Source: Bugula neritina (lineage: Eukaryota > Animalia > Bryozoa). Taken from it: a stretch of DNA of 64,000 nt. The notes beneath the pieces are model-generated. The model was given only the letters and a program-made list of their open reading frames with translations, had not been told where the DNA came from and did no database searches. The position numbers and the translations under genes were made by a program. Each line of letters begins with the position of its first letter. The stretch's first letter is position 1. Location of the stretch: assembly GCA_964035545.1 (NCBI GenBank), contig OZ037765.1, forward strand, positions 9,992,698 to 10,056,697, given 5' to 3'. Shown here one piece after another: positions 12,501 through 26,000 of this stretch.

Positions 12501-15500
12501 ATTCATAATTTATGCTATTTTACAACTTCCACACTTTTTTTATCAATGACCAGAAAAGAGCATTATCATCTGCTATGATTATAGCTAAATGATGATATTT
12601 TTTCATTGTTTCTATGATGAAAGCTATTTCAAGTTGCTCTGTTTATAATAGCATGATATTTTACTTCTTGTTTCTATGCGTGTACAGTTAGATAACATTT
12701 ACAAAGTTAGGTGATGTACCATCAAGTTTTATCTACAGAGACTATTTGGCTCTGAATGTGTATGTAGCCCTGTGCTACTACAAGCTAGACTACTACGATG
12801 TGTCACAGGAAGTGCTTCAAGTCTATCTCCAACAACATCCCGACAGTGCTGTGGCCATCAACCTTAAAGCCTGCAACCATTTCAGATTGTACAATGGCAA
12901 AGCTGCAGAGGTTAGTGTAGTCCCACCAGTTAATATATTATATATATTTGAATGTCAAAATAGATAAAACGATTGTTTTCCGACTATGCATTCCCCTACA
13001 TAATATGGTGGTTAGTTGTGACTAATTAGAATTACAAGTTACAAACTAATAGATTTACCAGGTAGAGCATATAGCTTACTACTATTCCTAGAAATCAAAC
13101 TTATTCTAGTAATGTTAGTTGGGTTCATATAAAGACAACATTAGATAGCAAATGAAACTAAATTTTGAAATTTCAATCTCATTTGCTGTAACCAAAAGTT
13201 CTGATTCTATATTTCGGCTTGAATTAAAATAATGCGTGTTTTCAGGCTGAACTAAAGAGCTTACAAGAAGTGGCTTCTGCCTCCTTCACTTATGCCCAGG
13301 ATCTCATCAAACACAATCTCGTAGTATTTCGTTCTGGTGAAGGTGCCTTACAGATACTACCCCCACTGATAGACGTGCTGCCCGAGGCTAGGCTCAATTT
13401 AGTCATTTATCATTTAAGACAAGGTAGTCATAATAGTTATTTACCATGTGGATAAAGTTGTTAGTAAAAGTGATGTCATACACATACTCTTTACTTGCTT
13501 ATGTATGTTCTTATATATATTACACGTGGTAGCAGCAATAATAGTTAATTGATTAACTGGGTTTAGATGATATTGGGGAAGCATACAACTTAATAAAAGA
13601 CTTGGATCCAACTACACCACAAGAATATATCCTCAAAGGTGTTGTGAACGCTGCTCTGGGTCAAGACCAAGGATCGGTAAACATTTTATCCCTAATTTCT
13701 TATTTGTTGTTTGAAAAACTCTTACTAGAAAATCTTTTGCCAGTGCGGACTTCTTGCGATTGGTTAATTTCATACCTTATTTATAGAGAGAGCATCTAAA
13801 AATAGCACAGCAATATTTCCAGTTGGTCGGAGGATCTGCTAGTGAAGCTGGTAAGAATATGTTTCCTTCAATTCATTTCTTATTTATGCATTTTACTTTT
13901 TTAGTAAAACTATGATTACTTAAGCTGATGTCCACTAAAATACACCCTTTTTGAATTTCCCTATTACTCAATTTATAATTAAGAGTTGTGCCCCCTTTGC
14001 AGGTACATCCTATTATATTATATAAAGCAGTTCCATTAAAAATTTAAAGCTTGACTGCTACATAAATCCCTAACTATGCTATATACATGTTCTTTTGGGA
14101 AATGAATATTCTGATAATAGCACACATAGATTATTATTATTTCAAAACATTATTTAATAGTATTTCTTCATGGTAAATTTTTAAAAATTGAACTGAAAGC
14201 ATTTTCATGGTCATTTGTTTATTGGCACTACTCTGGCTAATAAAAGCTTAATTAAGGCATGCACATGTTGAGGGGGTACAGCCCTTAAATATAAATTTGA
14301 CATCGGGGACATTAGAAAAGGGTCTACTGCATCATTTCACAAAACCTCCACAGTTATATTCTTTACATTATATAAACTCTTCGTAGACACAATTCCTGGC
14401 AGACAGTGTATGGCCTCTTGTTTCTTTCTACTCAAGCAGTTTGGAGATGTTCTCATATACCTCAACTCTATCAAGGTAAGTCATATTTTTTACCCGCAGT
14501 ATAATAATTTTTCATAATTTTATTATGTTTGCCAAATACAATATTATATAAAGAATCTAAATTTTCATTCATAAATTATATTTATTGGTTACTCATATTT
14601 TCTAGAGCTACTTCTACAATGACGACACATTCAACTTCAACTATGCCCAAGCTAAAGCAGCCGCAGGTAACTATAAAGAAGCAGAAGAAGTGTTCCTCCT
14701 AATACAGAGTGAGAAGATAAAACAAGACTATGTGTATCTGAGCTGGCTAGCTAGATGCTGTGAGTTGTACTACAATAACATCTGTGTGTTGGCATGGGCT
14801 GACAACTTCTATAATAACTTATATATACCGTATGTGTATATTATAATAGTACACGTGTAATATATGTTTTAAAAAAATGCATTTCTGAATTTATTAAATT
14901 ATTTTGCAAAAAATGTTCTTAATGTATTTTGCTCTAAATTGAAGTGTTTCATTTGTTTATACGTGTTTTATTAAGTTCAAAATCTCACCTGTAAATGGAT
15001 ACTCATAATAGTCACCATTCTGTTGCTTGCAACTTGCAGATATTATGAACAGACGGGCTAGGTTAGCCTGGGAGTTGTATTTGAAGATGGAGACATCCGC
15101 AGAGTCTTTCAGCTTACTTCAACTCATTGCAAATGACTGCTATAAGGTGTGCCAGTTAGTGTCGTGTTAGCAAATCTTTCGTATAATAACTTTTACTTTA
15201 AATAATGCATATTATAGTCAGATATGTGCATGAATCTGATTTTAAAACTTTGCTGAAATATGCATTTCTTCTGACCTAAAAAATTTATTCCTTGTGAAGC
15301 ATTAGCCTTACATAAACAGATAACTTTGCCAGTAAAAATTTAGTTCAATAGCAACTATATACTAGGTTCTGGGCTTTAATGCATAAAAGGTAATATTATC
15401 TTAAACATATTTCAAAGGAACTAAAACTAAAGCATCGAAAACCTCGTCGCATCTCATGTACTATGATATAGTTATTATTGGGACTTTGATTTTTGTAGTA

Positions 15501-15946
15501 TTAATTTTAGTAAAATACTGTATATCAATTATTAAATATTATATATGATTGTAATGCTTTTTCTACTCGCAGTTGTGAATTTGCATTTTCTAGATGGGAC
15601 TTTTCTATCACGCTGCTAAAGCATTTGATGTACTTGAGAGGTTAGATCCAAACCCTGAGTATTGGGAAGGAAAGCGAGGTGCTTGTGTTGGCGTATTTCA
15701 GATGATAATTGCTGGCCATGAGCCAAGGTATGATATTATGTACAATCCTGATCTATATTGATACTGTAGACTGCTTGGTTATATAGGTTTGCATACAACA
15801 TGTTACAGTTTATAACTCATAACATGAATTGTAGAGATACGCTTCGTGAAGTCATTCAGCTGATCAGAAATACTAGCAACCCACAAGTCGAGTCTCTTAT
15901 TCGAGTCATGAAGAAATGGGCCAAAGAAAACAAGCTACAAGTATAA
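9586..15946 (+). CDS. TTC26: Intraflagellar transport protein 56 (tetratricopeptide repeat protein 26), ~14 coding exons
   Basis: ATG|gtgagt at 9586-9588 splices to 10149 (ILSRTKPA, cf. MMLSRAKPA). Conserved blocks include [83 protein letters not shown] and [22 protein letters not shown]. Stop TAA at 15944-15946. Confidence 0.95.
13941..14326. mobile_element. Degenerate MITE (~385 bp) with ~60-bp terminal inverted repeats in a TTC26 intron
   Basis: The left end tacaccctttttgaatttccctattactcaatttataattaagagttgtgccccct aligns with the reverse complement of the right end (tagacccttttctaatgtccccgatgtcaaatttatatttaagggctgtaccccct). There is TA at both ends and no coding capacity. Confidence 0.65.
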
Positions 15947-17588
15947 CTTCAAACTCAAACTCTGCAATGACAATCCACTTGATACATGATCGGGAGTTGT
16001 CAGCTCACTTTATCAACCTTTTAAATTCTAATTGTATAAGCCAATTTGTGTAAGCCAACCATAAACATGATGTCTTTACACTTGTTTTCTGTCATTTAAA
16101 TTATGTTGATGAATATTTTATATTTTATTTAATGTGTCTATTAAAAATTTATACTTCTAACTGCAGACTGAGCTTTTTATGAAAGTAAAAATCATTAAAA
16201 CTATTATTAGCTATTTATATTATTTCTCTAGCCATCACAGTTCCTCACAAAGATACATAATAATATGTTGTACTAATTTAAACTATGCATTTACATTTAT
16301 CAACCTTACTTGAAATACTATTTCTTGTGAAACCTCGAGTTCACAAAGGTTTTGTGTGAAATGAGCATATAATAAGTTAACCACAACACATAATTATACA
16401 ATGTGTAACATGACATAAAATAGCAGTGGTAGTTAAAAATATTTTGAAAAGGATTAAATTCAAATTTCATCACCAAATTTCTTTTATACAAAAGTTTTTT
16501 TGTTATGTAAAACCATAACTAGTTTAATTTTTCAAACCATATACCATTAAAAGTTGAAAATAACTCAGGCAACTACGTGGAGTTTGTCAAGATATCATGT
16601 AGGTTACACTCTACTAATACGAGTTGATATCATGGTTGTAGGTCATGATTACTAACTGGTTAGATGGACTATATTCCTGTTGAGTAGAGAGGACCTGTCT
16701 TAATATGTACAAACCTGCCATATTTTGCAGTAAATAGATGTGAAAGTTTGCTTTAACAATTGACTAGAAAATAATCAAATATAGCACCTCCTGACTCTGT
16801 GCAATTCTGGAATGACAAGTTCACCAACTTGTCACAACATTTTACACATTTTCTCTAAAAAATATTATCAAAGCTTAGAAGCAGCACAACCTTTATAAAT
16901 GGGTGCAAAAACAGATGAACTTTATTAGTCAATGCTCTCTATATGGCTGAGTTTAAAACGCAGGCCGCATAAGTAATTTTCTAAACTGTTTCCGCAAGCC
17001 TTATCAAAGTTGTTTAATATTAATTTGAATAAAGCAAAACCTACTCAATTTTGATATTTATTATTTTGCTAATTTTTGTATATTGCAGTTACAGCCTGTG
17101 TGTGCTCAAACTTTAATGAGTTTTAGGAAATTGAATGACTGCTGGTTACAGCTAGCTATGTGGTAAAAATGTCATAAAAATAACAATTTTGATACTCATA
17201 AATATGATAAATATCAAGCATTGTTAGTTTCCAAACTTGTGGGTACACAGTTGAAAATGAGACAGCCTGCCAACAGCTGTAGTAGGCAAAGTTTAATGTG
17301 TGGCAGCAAATATTAAAGAAAAGGAATTTATGATAAAAGTATTTACATAACCTAGAAATGTTGTATTCTATAATAGTTTCTTATCTTTTATAATAGCAAT
17401 GTTTGCAGTTTTATCTATAGCCTAAAACAATATAAAAACTAATAACTGGCCTGCGATTATATAATTTAATAACTCTATTTGGCTCCTGATATATCATGTT
17501 ATATTATTTTGTTTGTTTAATCTTATAGCTGCATAGCAACTAGAGTTGTTTTATGTGTAGGAAACACATACACTCCATCAACTGCAAA

Positions 17589-19261
17589 ATGGCTAGTGCT
17601 TCTTCAGTTAAGGGGCTGCAAACTCTTTCTAATGAAAAGGTTGTACTACCACCAGGATCTATCGTTTCCAATCATGGGATACGGAAATATTATACAGTCA
17701 CGGGCCAAGAGGATCTAGGATCAGTAGCAAAGCAAGACACAGGTGACCAACAGGAAGAGGCTTCAACTGAAATGGATGTTGGTAAATCATACCGTCATAT
17801 GCAGACAAGCCCTATACAGTTTCCTGAACCTACTAATACCAGAGTAAACAAAGATGTCCAGACAAGTTACCTTAGACTTCCATATGATTCAGATGATCAG
17901 CCAGTCAATGTAGCGAATGGCTACACTCAAACTACTCCAACGTTGGCAGAACATGTTGCGGTTCCCAGAGAAGCAGTGTCAGCAAGAAGCTTTGGCAATA
18001 GGTCTGTTTATACTGAAGATTATTACAACGCACTTTCTCGACACTCAGATGACCCAGTAATAGAACCTCCTCTGGAGAGATCTATGTCTATTTTTGTACC
18101 TCCATCTACAGGAAATAAAACTCCGCCAACACCATTTCCTCTAGGGAACAAGGTTGTTGAACCTAAAGAATCGAGTGGAAAATTTCTCGGCCATAGAGAT
18201 GTGGCAGCCAATACATCTCCAGTTTATCCTCCGTATAATCTTCCAACAATATCCAAGTCAACACAAATTAATGAAGCAGGCAGCATTTTTCATCATGTAG
18301 TAAGTCAATCAATGTAATAAAAAATAATATTATATTTGAAGGTATCTAACTAGGCTAAAAAGTTTCAACAAAACAAAATGCATATACTAAATTTTTTATT
18401 GAAGACCAAGCAAAAAATAATATAAAATCTTTATCTTCAGGGTAAAAACTAATTAACAGGAAAATTACTTTGTTGAAAACTGCCACAGAAAACGTTCAAG
18501 AGTGCTTAAAGTTGCATGAGCTTTTTTGTACCTCATCAATATTGATATATTGGGGGGGGGGGGGGAGTATATAAATTTACAATGAGCAGAAAGTCTTTTT
18601 TGTCATTTTGTCTTTTGTGCATGCTAAAATTTGGATTCTATATAAATGTAAAATTCCTGGAAAACTTTTTTCCCTCAGTTCATTTGACAAGTTTTTAACG
18701 GGATCTATAAACTTTTTATTATGACACATTTTGCATGGTAACAATATATCATTATATTAGAATTTTGTTGGTTTGCTTCACAAGATGTTCCCACATCAAT
18801 TAATTTAGGTGCCAGTGGCTGCCCGATTGAGTGGAACGACTGTATTCCCTCATGGTCAGTACCAGCTGCACCGTACTCCGACATATCCCCAGCCAGCTGC
18901 ACCAGTGTACATCATACAGAGCGAAGAAAATAGTGACTCAGACTCTGATACAGAACACATTTACTACGGACCAAATAATGAGAGACTACAGGGGCCCCTG
19001 ACAAGTTACCCCAAGTCCACAAGTTTATACCACCCTCAACACCAACTACCTCCCCAAAGATTTACAACCCATAAGTTCAGAGAATTTTTTAAAGTTGATG
19101 TAGAACTTGAATATGGATTTATTGTTAACCCTAAAAAAGCTGAATTGGTGCCTTCCGAAATTCAAGAAGAGCTGCTTAAGGTGTGTGGTCACTTGAAAAA
19201 TTCAAAAGTTCTTGTTGTTAACCAAGGGGGAAGTTACACAATACACCACAACCTAACGTAA
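17589..19261 (+). CDS. Uncharacterised two-coding-exon protein (~390 aa), Pro/Ser/Thr-rich with a compact C-terminal segment
   Basis: Two long ORFs are joined in phase 0 by the donor gtaagt at 18300 and the acceptor ttag ending at 18808. The start is ATG 17589 (aaaATGG) or 17553. An upstream acceptor ends at 17528, and AATAAA-like signals follow at ~19302-19312. No family recognised. Confidence 0.7.
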
Positions 19262-20016
19262 ACTAGACACTAAGAAACTTAATTATCATCTTAATTATAC
19301 AAATAAATAAAAACTATATTTGTAATTTTTAATCAACTTTGCATACACAGTTTATTTTGATTACACATTTTTATTTTCCTTCTAAGTTTGTGTAAATATT
19401 AAAAGTTTTATGCTGTGTGCCACATTTATATTCATAAATCAACAATTACATTTGGTTACTCTGAACTTATGAGTGAGAAGTGATGTAAAACTTTCAACTG
19501 TTGCAATGTATTATATTATTTCACATTTTGTTGTATGTCTATTATATAAGTTCTAGCTTTCATAATGGCCAGATTGCAAAAGACCTAAATGACTCAAGTT
19601 CATACTTTGCACACTGCAATAGCTAAATGTTTGGTTACCTAAAAACAAATACTTCCTTTATCAGTGTTGGGTATGACAATGTATTCAGTATAACAACCAT
19701 ATTCTAGAGATTCAAATAAATGTCAAAAGTGACAACAACCCAATAGGAATAACTTTAAAACTTGAATAATCTAAGCACACAATATAGAGAAATGTAGTCG
19801 GTGTTGACATAAGACTCAGTAAGAAAGCAACTAGTATTGCATTCAGCTAAAATTATAAGTAGAAACTAGAAAATAACAGCTTATTGTATATAATTCTAAA
19901 AAATAAATGCTAAAAAATAATTGAAAACCACGATATGTTTTATGCTTGACACATTCAAACTACAAACAAAAATATAAAGACTCAAGTAGAGAAATTCACA
20001 ATAATAAATATAGTTG

Positions 20017-23000
20017 TTACATAATAAAGTAATAAAGAATATAAGAAAAAGTAAGAGAAGTAGAGATTAACAGAGACAGGGTGTGTGTAGAGGCAGTTTG
20101 GTAATCACACGGTATCTCAATATTTCTAAGCTGAGGACATTTATTCTGCTCAGACAGAGTGACAGTTGATTCAGCCTCATCAGCACACGTACCATTGATG
20201 ATCCGATATGCACCAGCATTCACAATCCTGGATAACATGCACCAAATACAAATCATTTCATGCAAACTAAACAAACATAGGATACAGTGAATATATACAT
20301 TTGAAGACAGAGAGCTTGTTTGAGTAACTAGATAGCAACTGCATGGGTTAAAAAATCACTTCATATTATATGAGTATGAATTTGGTAAAGCTCATTGATA
20401 TACTCAGAGCTGCAATTCATAACAGCCTTCAAAACTTACATAATCTCAGCATAAACATAAATAAACAATATGAAAACTACAAATAGTTGTAATCCATATT
20501 GTTTATTTATGTTTATGCTGAGATTATGTAAGTTTTGAATTACAATTGTAGTCTTGACGGTGTCAATCGATGTCAATCGATGTCAAATGATGTCAAATGA
20601 TGTCAACCAATGTCAAATAGTGTCTAATGATGTCAACCAATGTAAGGTTAGAATAATAATATATTAAAGGACATCAGTGAGGATTTATTGCCTAATACTC
20701 GCATGCTAACACTTTCTAAGCTACTTAAGTTCTAGGAACTTACATAAATTGATTGAAAAAGCTATAAATTTGTCTTTCAGTTCATTGCAGTTTTTCAAAA
20801 ATAGAAATTTACTCCAACTTGCACCACAAATTTGCATGTCATAGCTGCAACTAGAAGATAGTACAATATAGCGAAGACAACTCCCTTGGATATTCAAGCA
20901 ATAATTATTATCACTTACTTTTGTGTTATTCTGCAATTAAAGTTGAAGAAATTACTTTGCTGCACGTTTTTCCAGTTTTCAATGACTAGCAGAAAAAGAT
21001 TAGTTGTGGGAAGTGCAGTGACGTAGTAGAACCCCTGCATACACGGCCCTGTCACATTGCCAGTGATCATTCCACTTGGACCTTGAAGGTAATGTAGTAG
21101 AGAGAATGTATTAGATATATTTATTTCTTATACAGGTTTTATATGTGTGATATTGTACACATGCATATTACGCTCTTTTAATGTATATGCGCGTACGCAC
21201 TAACACACACAACATGTGTAATAAATAGGGCATATATGCAATGTGTAGGCTACACAATGCATTATTGTAGCCTAAAATTATTTTCATAAAACAAATGAAA
21301 AAACACCATTAATATCAAATAACAAAAAAAAGAAGCATTTCATTTGCAAATATAGGAAATACTTTAAATTGTTGACAAAAAGTGTGCTTATCAAAACATA
21401 AAATTTTTAATACCGAATAAAAAAATTAATTATAAAACTCACCCAGGGCAGACCTGTTGACGCTAAAACTAACAAGATCTTGAATGCAGCCGTAGTCATT
21501 TGAAAATTTAGGAATAGGACCTTTAGTCTTATAGTAGTTATCTTGTTCCTCGGGGTTCTTTGGAAGCCCTTCTAGAGATACCTATAAACAGAGTATATTC
21601 TCTGTAATAGAATACTAACACTTCTAAAAATAGAAAAACAAAATCATAAATAAATGTATAACAACTAAATGTATGAATGATTAGTCAACTATTTATAGAA
21701 TGAATAACTGACCACTGAATGAGAAAGCAATATGTGCAGCAACAACAACAATGCTACATACCCTTTGTCCACCAGCAATACTGCATGTACCCTGAAACTC
21801 TACAGAATCTTTTCTAATAAAGAATCCATGTCTAAATATCAGCTCTCTCATGATCTCTCCTTCCTTTTTACCCATAGTAACCCCGGAGTACTTGCTCACT
21901 TCTATATCCTTGACTAGCGTGAAGTCTGGATCCACAATCATATTAGCAGACGTGTCAAACAAATAGCATCTACAACACCCCAACTCTTTCAAATAGTATA
22001 TTATATGCAATATATTAAATTATAAAGTGTACTTTGTGTTTGGGAACTTATGCTCAGAATATTACCACAGATGACAAAATACAATGCATTACTATTGTAA
22101 AAGCACCGTCTTGAAACCCTGCTAAAGTCATATATAACTAGTATGATTAATATTGGTTACTATGTATTCAAACATCATTAGTAACTAAAAAGAAAGCCGT
22201 TTTTGTTCTGCCAGCAGCTGATAAGAAACTTTAGGAAGTTGCATCCAAAATGCAATTTTACAAACTCCAAAGCCTTTCAGCAAATTTAACTTAGAAAATG
22301 ATATTTCTCTTTTTAAAAGAAGTAAGTGAAATATCCTGGATCAACAATCTCTAAAGTCTAAACAAACTGTTGGCATTTTTAATCAACCAATAGTAAACGT
22401 CTAGAAATAGACTGCAGTCATAACTAACCGAGTCCTGCAGCCGGGCTCTCCATTGGGACACGTATAGGTAGATGTGGAGGAACAAGACCTCGTGCTATTA
22501 GCATCACTGGATTTCATAATCTCCATAATCTTATCATGGAAGTCACTATACAGAATGTCTAAACTGGTCACCCCCTCCACTCTTTCTGTAGCACATCTGT
22601 GCTTAGTCTTATTGGGCCCCGGGCCTTGGCTAACATAACACGAACCTTCAATGATATCAACACAGTATTAGTAACAGCTTTCATTAGAGTAGAGAGTGGA
22701 GATGCTTATCTCCAATACATGCCTGACAATTTTTAAAAAGGCAAATTAATTTATGTTGTTAGTATAGTTTGAAACAAGACCACAGCCTACTAAACACTCT
22801 TAGCACAAAAATTCTTCACTAAAATTACGAGTATAGATAAAGACATGAGTTTTTGTATAGACAACTGGTTTCTATCAAGTTTAGTTAAACTATCTAACCA
22901 CATAATGAATATCCACTTTACAAGAGATTTTATAAAAATTCATTGCTGAGGTTCACCAAACATTTATTCTAAACCCTACCTTGATGTAAGAAATTATTTT

Positions 23001-26000
23001 GTCAGATGTACATTATGGCTGTACACGCTATGAAAATACGACTAAAAAACCCTTAGAAAACACTCACGACTCTTGCAGTCCGCATCCTTTAAGCAGAGAC
23101 ATCCACCGGGATATGGACCATCACCATGCTGCTCCAGACAGTCAGACCAGTTTCTTGGAGTCATCCCCTCAAATAGAGCCTGTGATATTGTTATAATCTT
23201 GCCGACACCAGCAGCATCCATATATGGAGTAGATATAGAGGTCTTGGAGGGATCAGCTGCTGCTCTTCGATACCATGGCCGACTATTTTAAAAATTAATA
23301 TATAATATATATACACTTTTAAATTATTATTAACTATTGGTTCATAATTTTCATTGAAAGATACCCGATCACAAAACTAAGTGCCAGTGCAGTTCAAATT
23401 TACAGCAATGTAAATCTAAAATATTTTGCAAACAATAAATGGCAAAACTAAAAGCAACCAAATTTCCATCCGGAAGAGACACAAAAACACATGTATACCG
23501 TCACTCAACTAGTACATATAGCATTAAGAGTTAAGCAAACTCACGCCGTAGGATCGTAAGAACGGCCAGATCTGTGTCCAGGGTAAGTTCTGAAGACTCC
23601 GCTCCTTAATCCCACATACGTCCATTTCACTTTATCTAACGCTTCAAACCTTCTCTTTTTCCACTCTACTTCTATAGGCTGAGTTATCAGTACATCAGCT
23701 CTATTGAAAAACATGAGTACACATATATTATTCCCGTTGTCTACTATGCATAGTTAAGCATTTATAAGATCTATAGCTGATGTTGTATGCATTACCTAAT
23801 TCCTTTCTCATATCTCTGACCGGATGCGTCAGAGCAACCCAAATCAGGTTCGTCACCATTGATCCACTTATGAGCCAACACCGTCTTCTTAGCCAGATCA
23901 TCATTGAATATATACTCAACCGAGTCGCAGTGACATTTGGGTGCCAAGAATATGCTGGAATGTTCATACGTGACCCTCAAACCTACAATAACCCTGAATG
24001 GTCTCACTATCCATTAACTATAATAAAGGTATTTTCTACTCATTAAAGAAATTGTCAAAATTTTCCCAAAAGAAAATAAGTTGGTAGAGATAAGACTGGC
24101 TAAATTGTTATTTTATATGAGTAATATATTACAAAATTATATTGATAACACTGAGTGCTAACAACTACTATTTTTATGAATGACTTGTTTAATTACTTTG
24201 CAAGACCAAATTATTAAATTGTATTCACTTTTTCTGGCAGTCAAATTTATTTAAAAACCCAATGTTTTCCCAAAGTTCGTTTCACTCTTGACTTTGCATT
24301 GAATATTTTTCTCAAATTTCCCAGCATTTTTCCCATAAATCATAAATATATATTACTACAGAATTCTAAAACAACAATACATCAATTATTTCAGGTTTTT
24401 GTACTCATGCTTTTTGTGACTAATTTTCAAATACATGGTATTTTACGTTATAATACCAAACTAGTTGATATCATGAAACATATCTTATATTTGATATAAT
24501 CATTACAAAAACTTGCCAAGTGACCCACCCACAGCATCACATAATATCAATTATTTTTAAAACAACTTTCTTTTTTAAAATATTAAAAAAAGCTTTCACA
24601 AGCTATTAAAAATTAAAATTATAATAAATGTTTACAAAAAATAGTAATTAATAACATATAAATTAATATGACAAGTGAGACCTTTTTCCCTATAAACCGC
24701 ACAACACACTAGAACTTACCGGGATATCTGTCTACGTTATATTTCACTTGCAGGTATTTAAATACTCCAGGGAGCTCCTTTCGTGCCTCAGTACTGTTAT
24801 ACTCAATTAGTAAGTTATAGTAGCTTCTAGTATCTACTGCCTGAAAGGGGGTTTTATCCTCAGGTTCTTTTGATCTTCTGTATTCCTACAATTATTATAT
24901 AAACTTTCAAAAATTGCTTATGCAGCAGAATCTAACATAAACTAACATATAAACATTGAGTCTCTAATGATTCATATAGTTTCCACAGCTTCAAAACTCT
25001 GAGATGAATTTTCACAGCCATATTGAACAAATTTTATTGCCATAATGCTCTTCAATATGCATCCTATTATTAAAATAATAAAAACCAACAGTATTTTATA
25101 ACCACATCGAATAGAAGTTACACACAGACCTGATCTGTGGGAGACAGAGAGAAGGCGAATCCAAACTCTGAGTCATTGAGCGCAGCATAAAAGTATGTAG
25201 CTGGGATGCCGTTTCTAGCATCAGCCACATACAGAGAGCCGAATGACGAGCCCTTCCTCATCCCATTCTCTATGATGGAGAAGTTAGCTGGGGCAGTGCC
25301 ACCACTCTTCTCTTTCTCTAGTTGTGATATTGGAATGAATATTGGGTCCTCTTTCAGCTGCACAATATTTTAACATTTGTAAATCAATAAATGCACAATT
25401 AACATTCCGTAAAGCGTTGTTCTACAAATTCACATATAAAATGTATAATACAGTGTAGTCATATGAATTTATAAAAAAATCATGTGAAGTTGTGTAGAAA
25501 ATTGTTGTTTGTTTCAAAAAGCACACGCCCACTTTCTGGTCACGTTGAATTACGCTCAAATCTTATATCAACACATTAATTATAAACATTTCTGCACAAA
25601 ATAGCAACAGCTTGTAGAATACTGTAACATATTGTGTTATTAGCTATGTGAAATCCATTAAACTCATCTAGCTCTCCCTTTGACAAATGTTAGAAATGAC
25701 TTGATGTGTGTATATCGGACTACAGCATCTGTACTAACCAATACTTGAATCCATACCTTTATACAGCACCGGTTTCGAAAAATATAGCCTGCGCAAACTT
25801 ACAAAATCTATATAACTTAGCGTGAATAGTACACTTACATTGCTACTGGGCTTCATTAAGGGGTGAAATATAGTTTCCCCCTCCTTGTTGATGAGAAAAG
25901 AATAGACTGAGCCCCACTGATATCTTGCCATCTTAAACTCAATCTCATCCAATGTACAGTCAACCCCAATAACACCAATCGTACTGCAAAACAGAGCATG

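Noticed and set aside
18552-18565. Poly-G run (G-quadruplex candidate)
   Set aside because: It is a single homopolymer in an intron, and its length is unreliable in assemblies.
23728-24046. Three overlapping ORFs in a Cache-gene intron
   Set aside because: They are not needed for the in-phase gene model and have no recognisable homology. I cannot exclude a repeat fragment.
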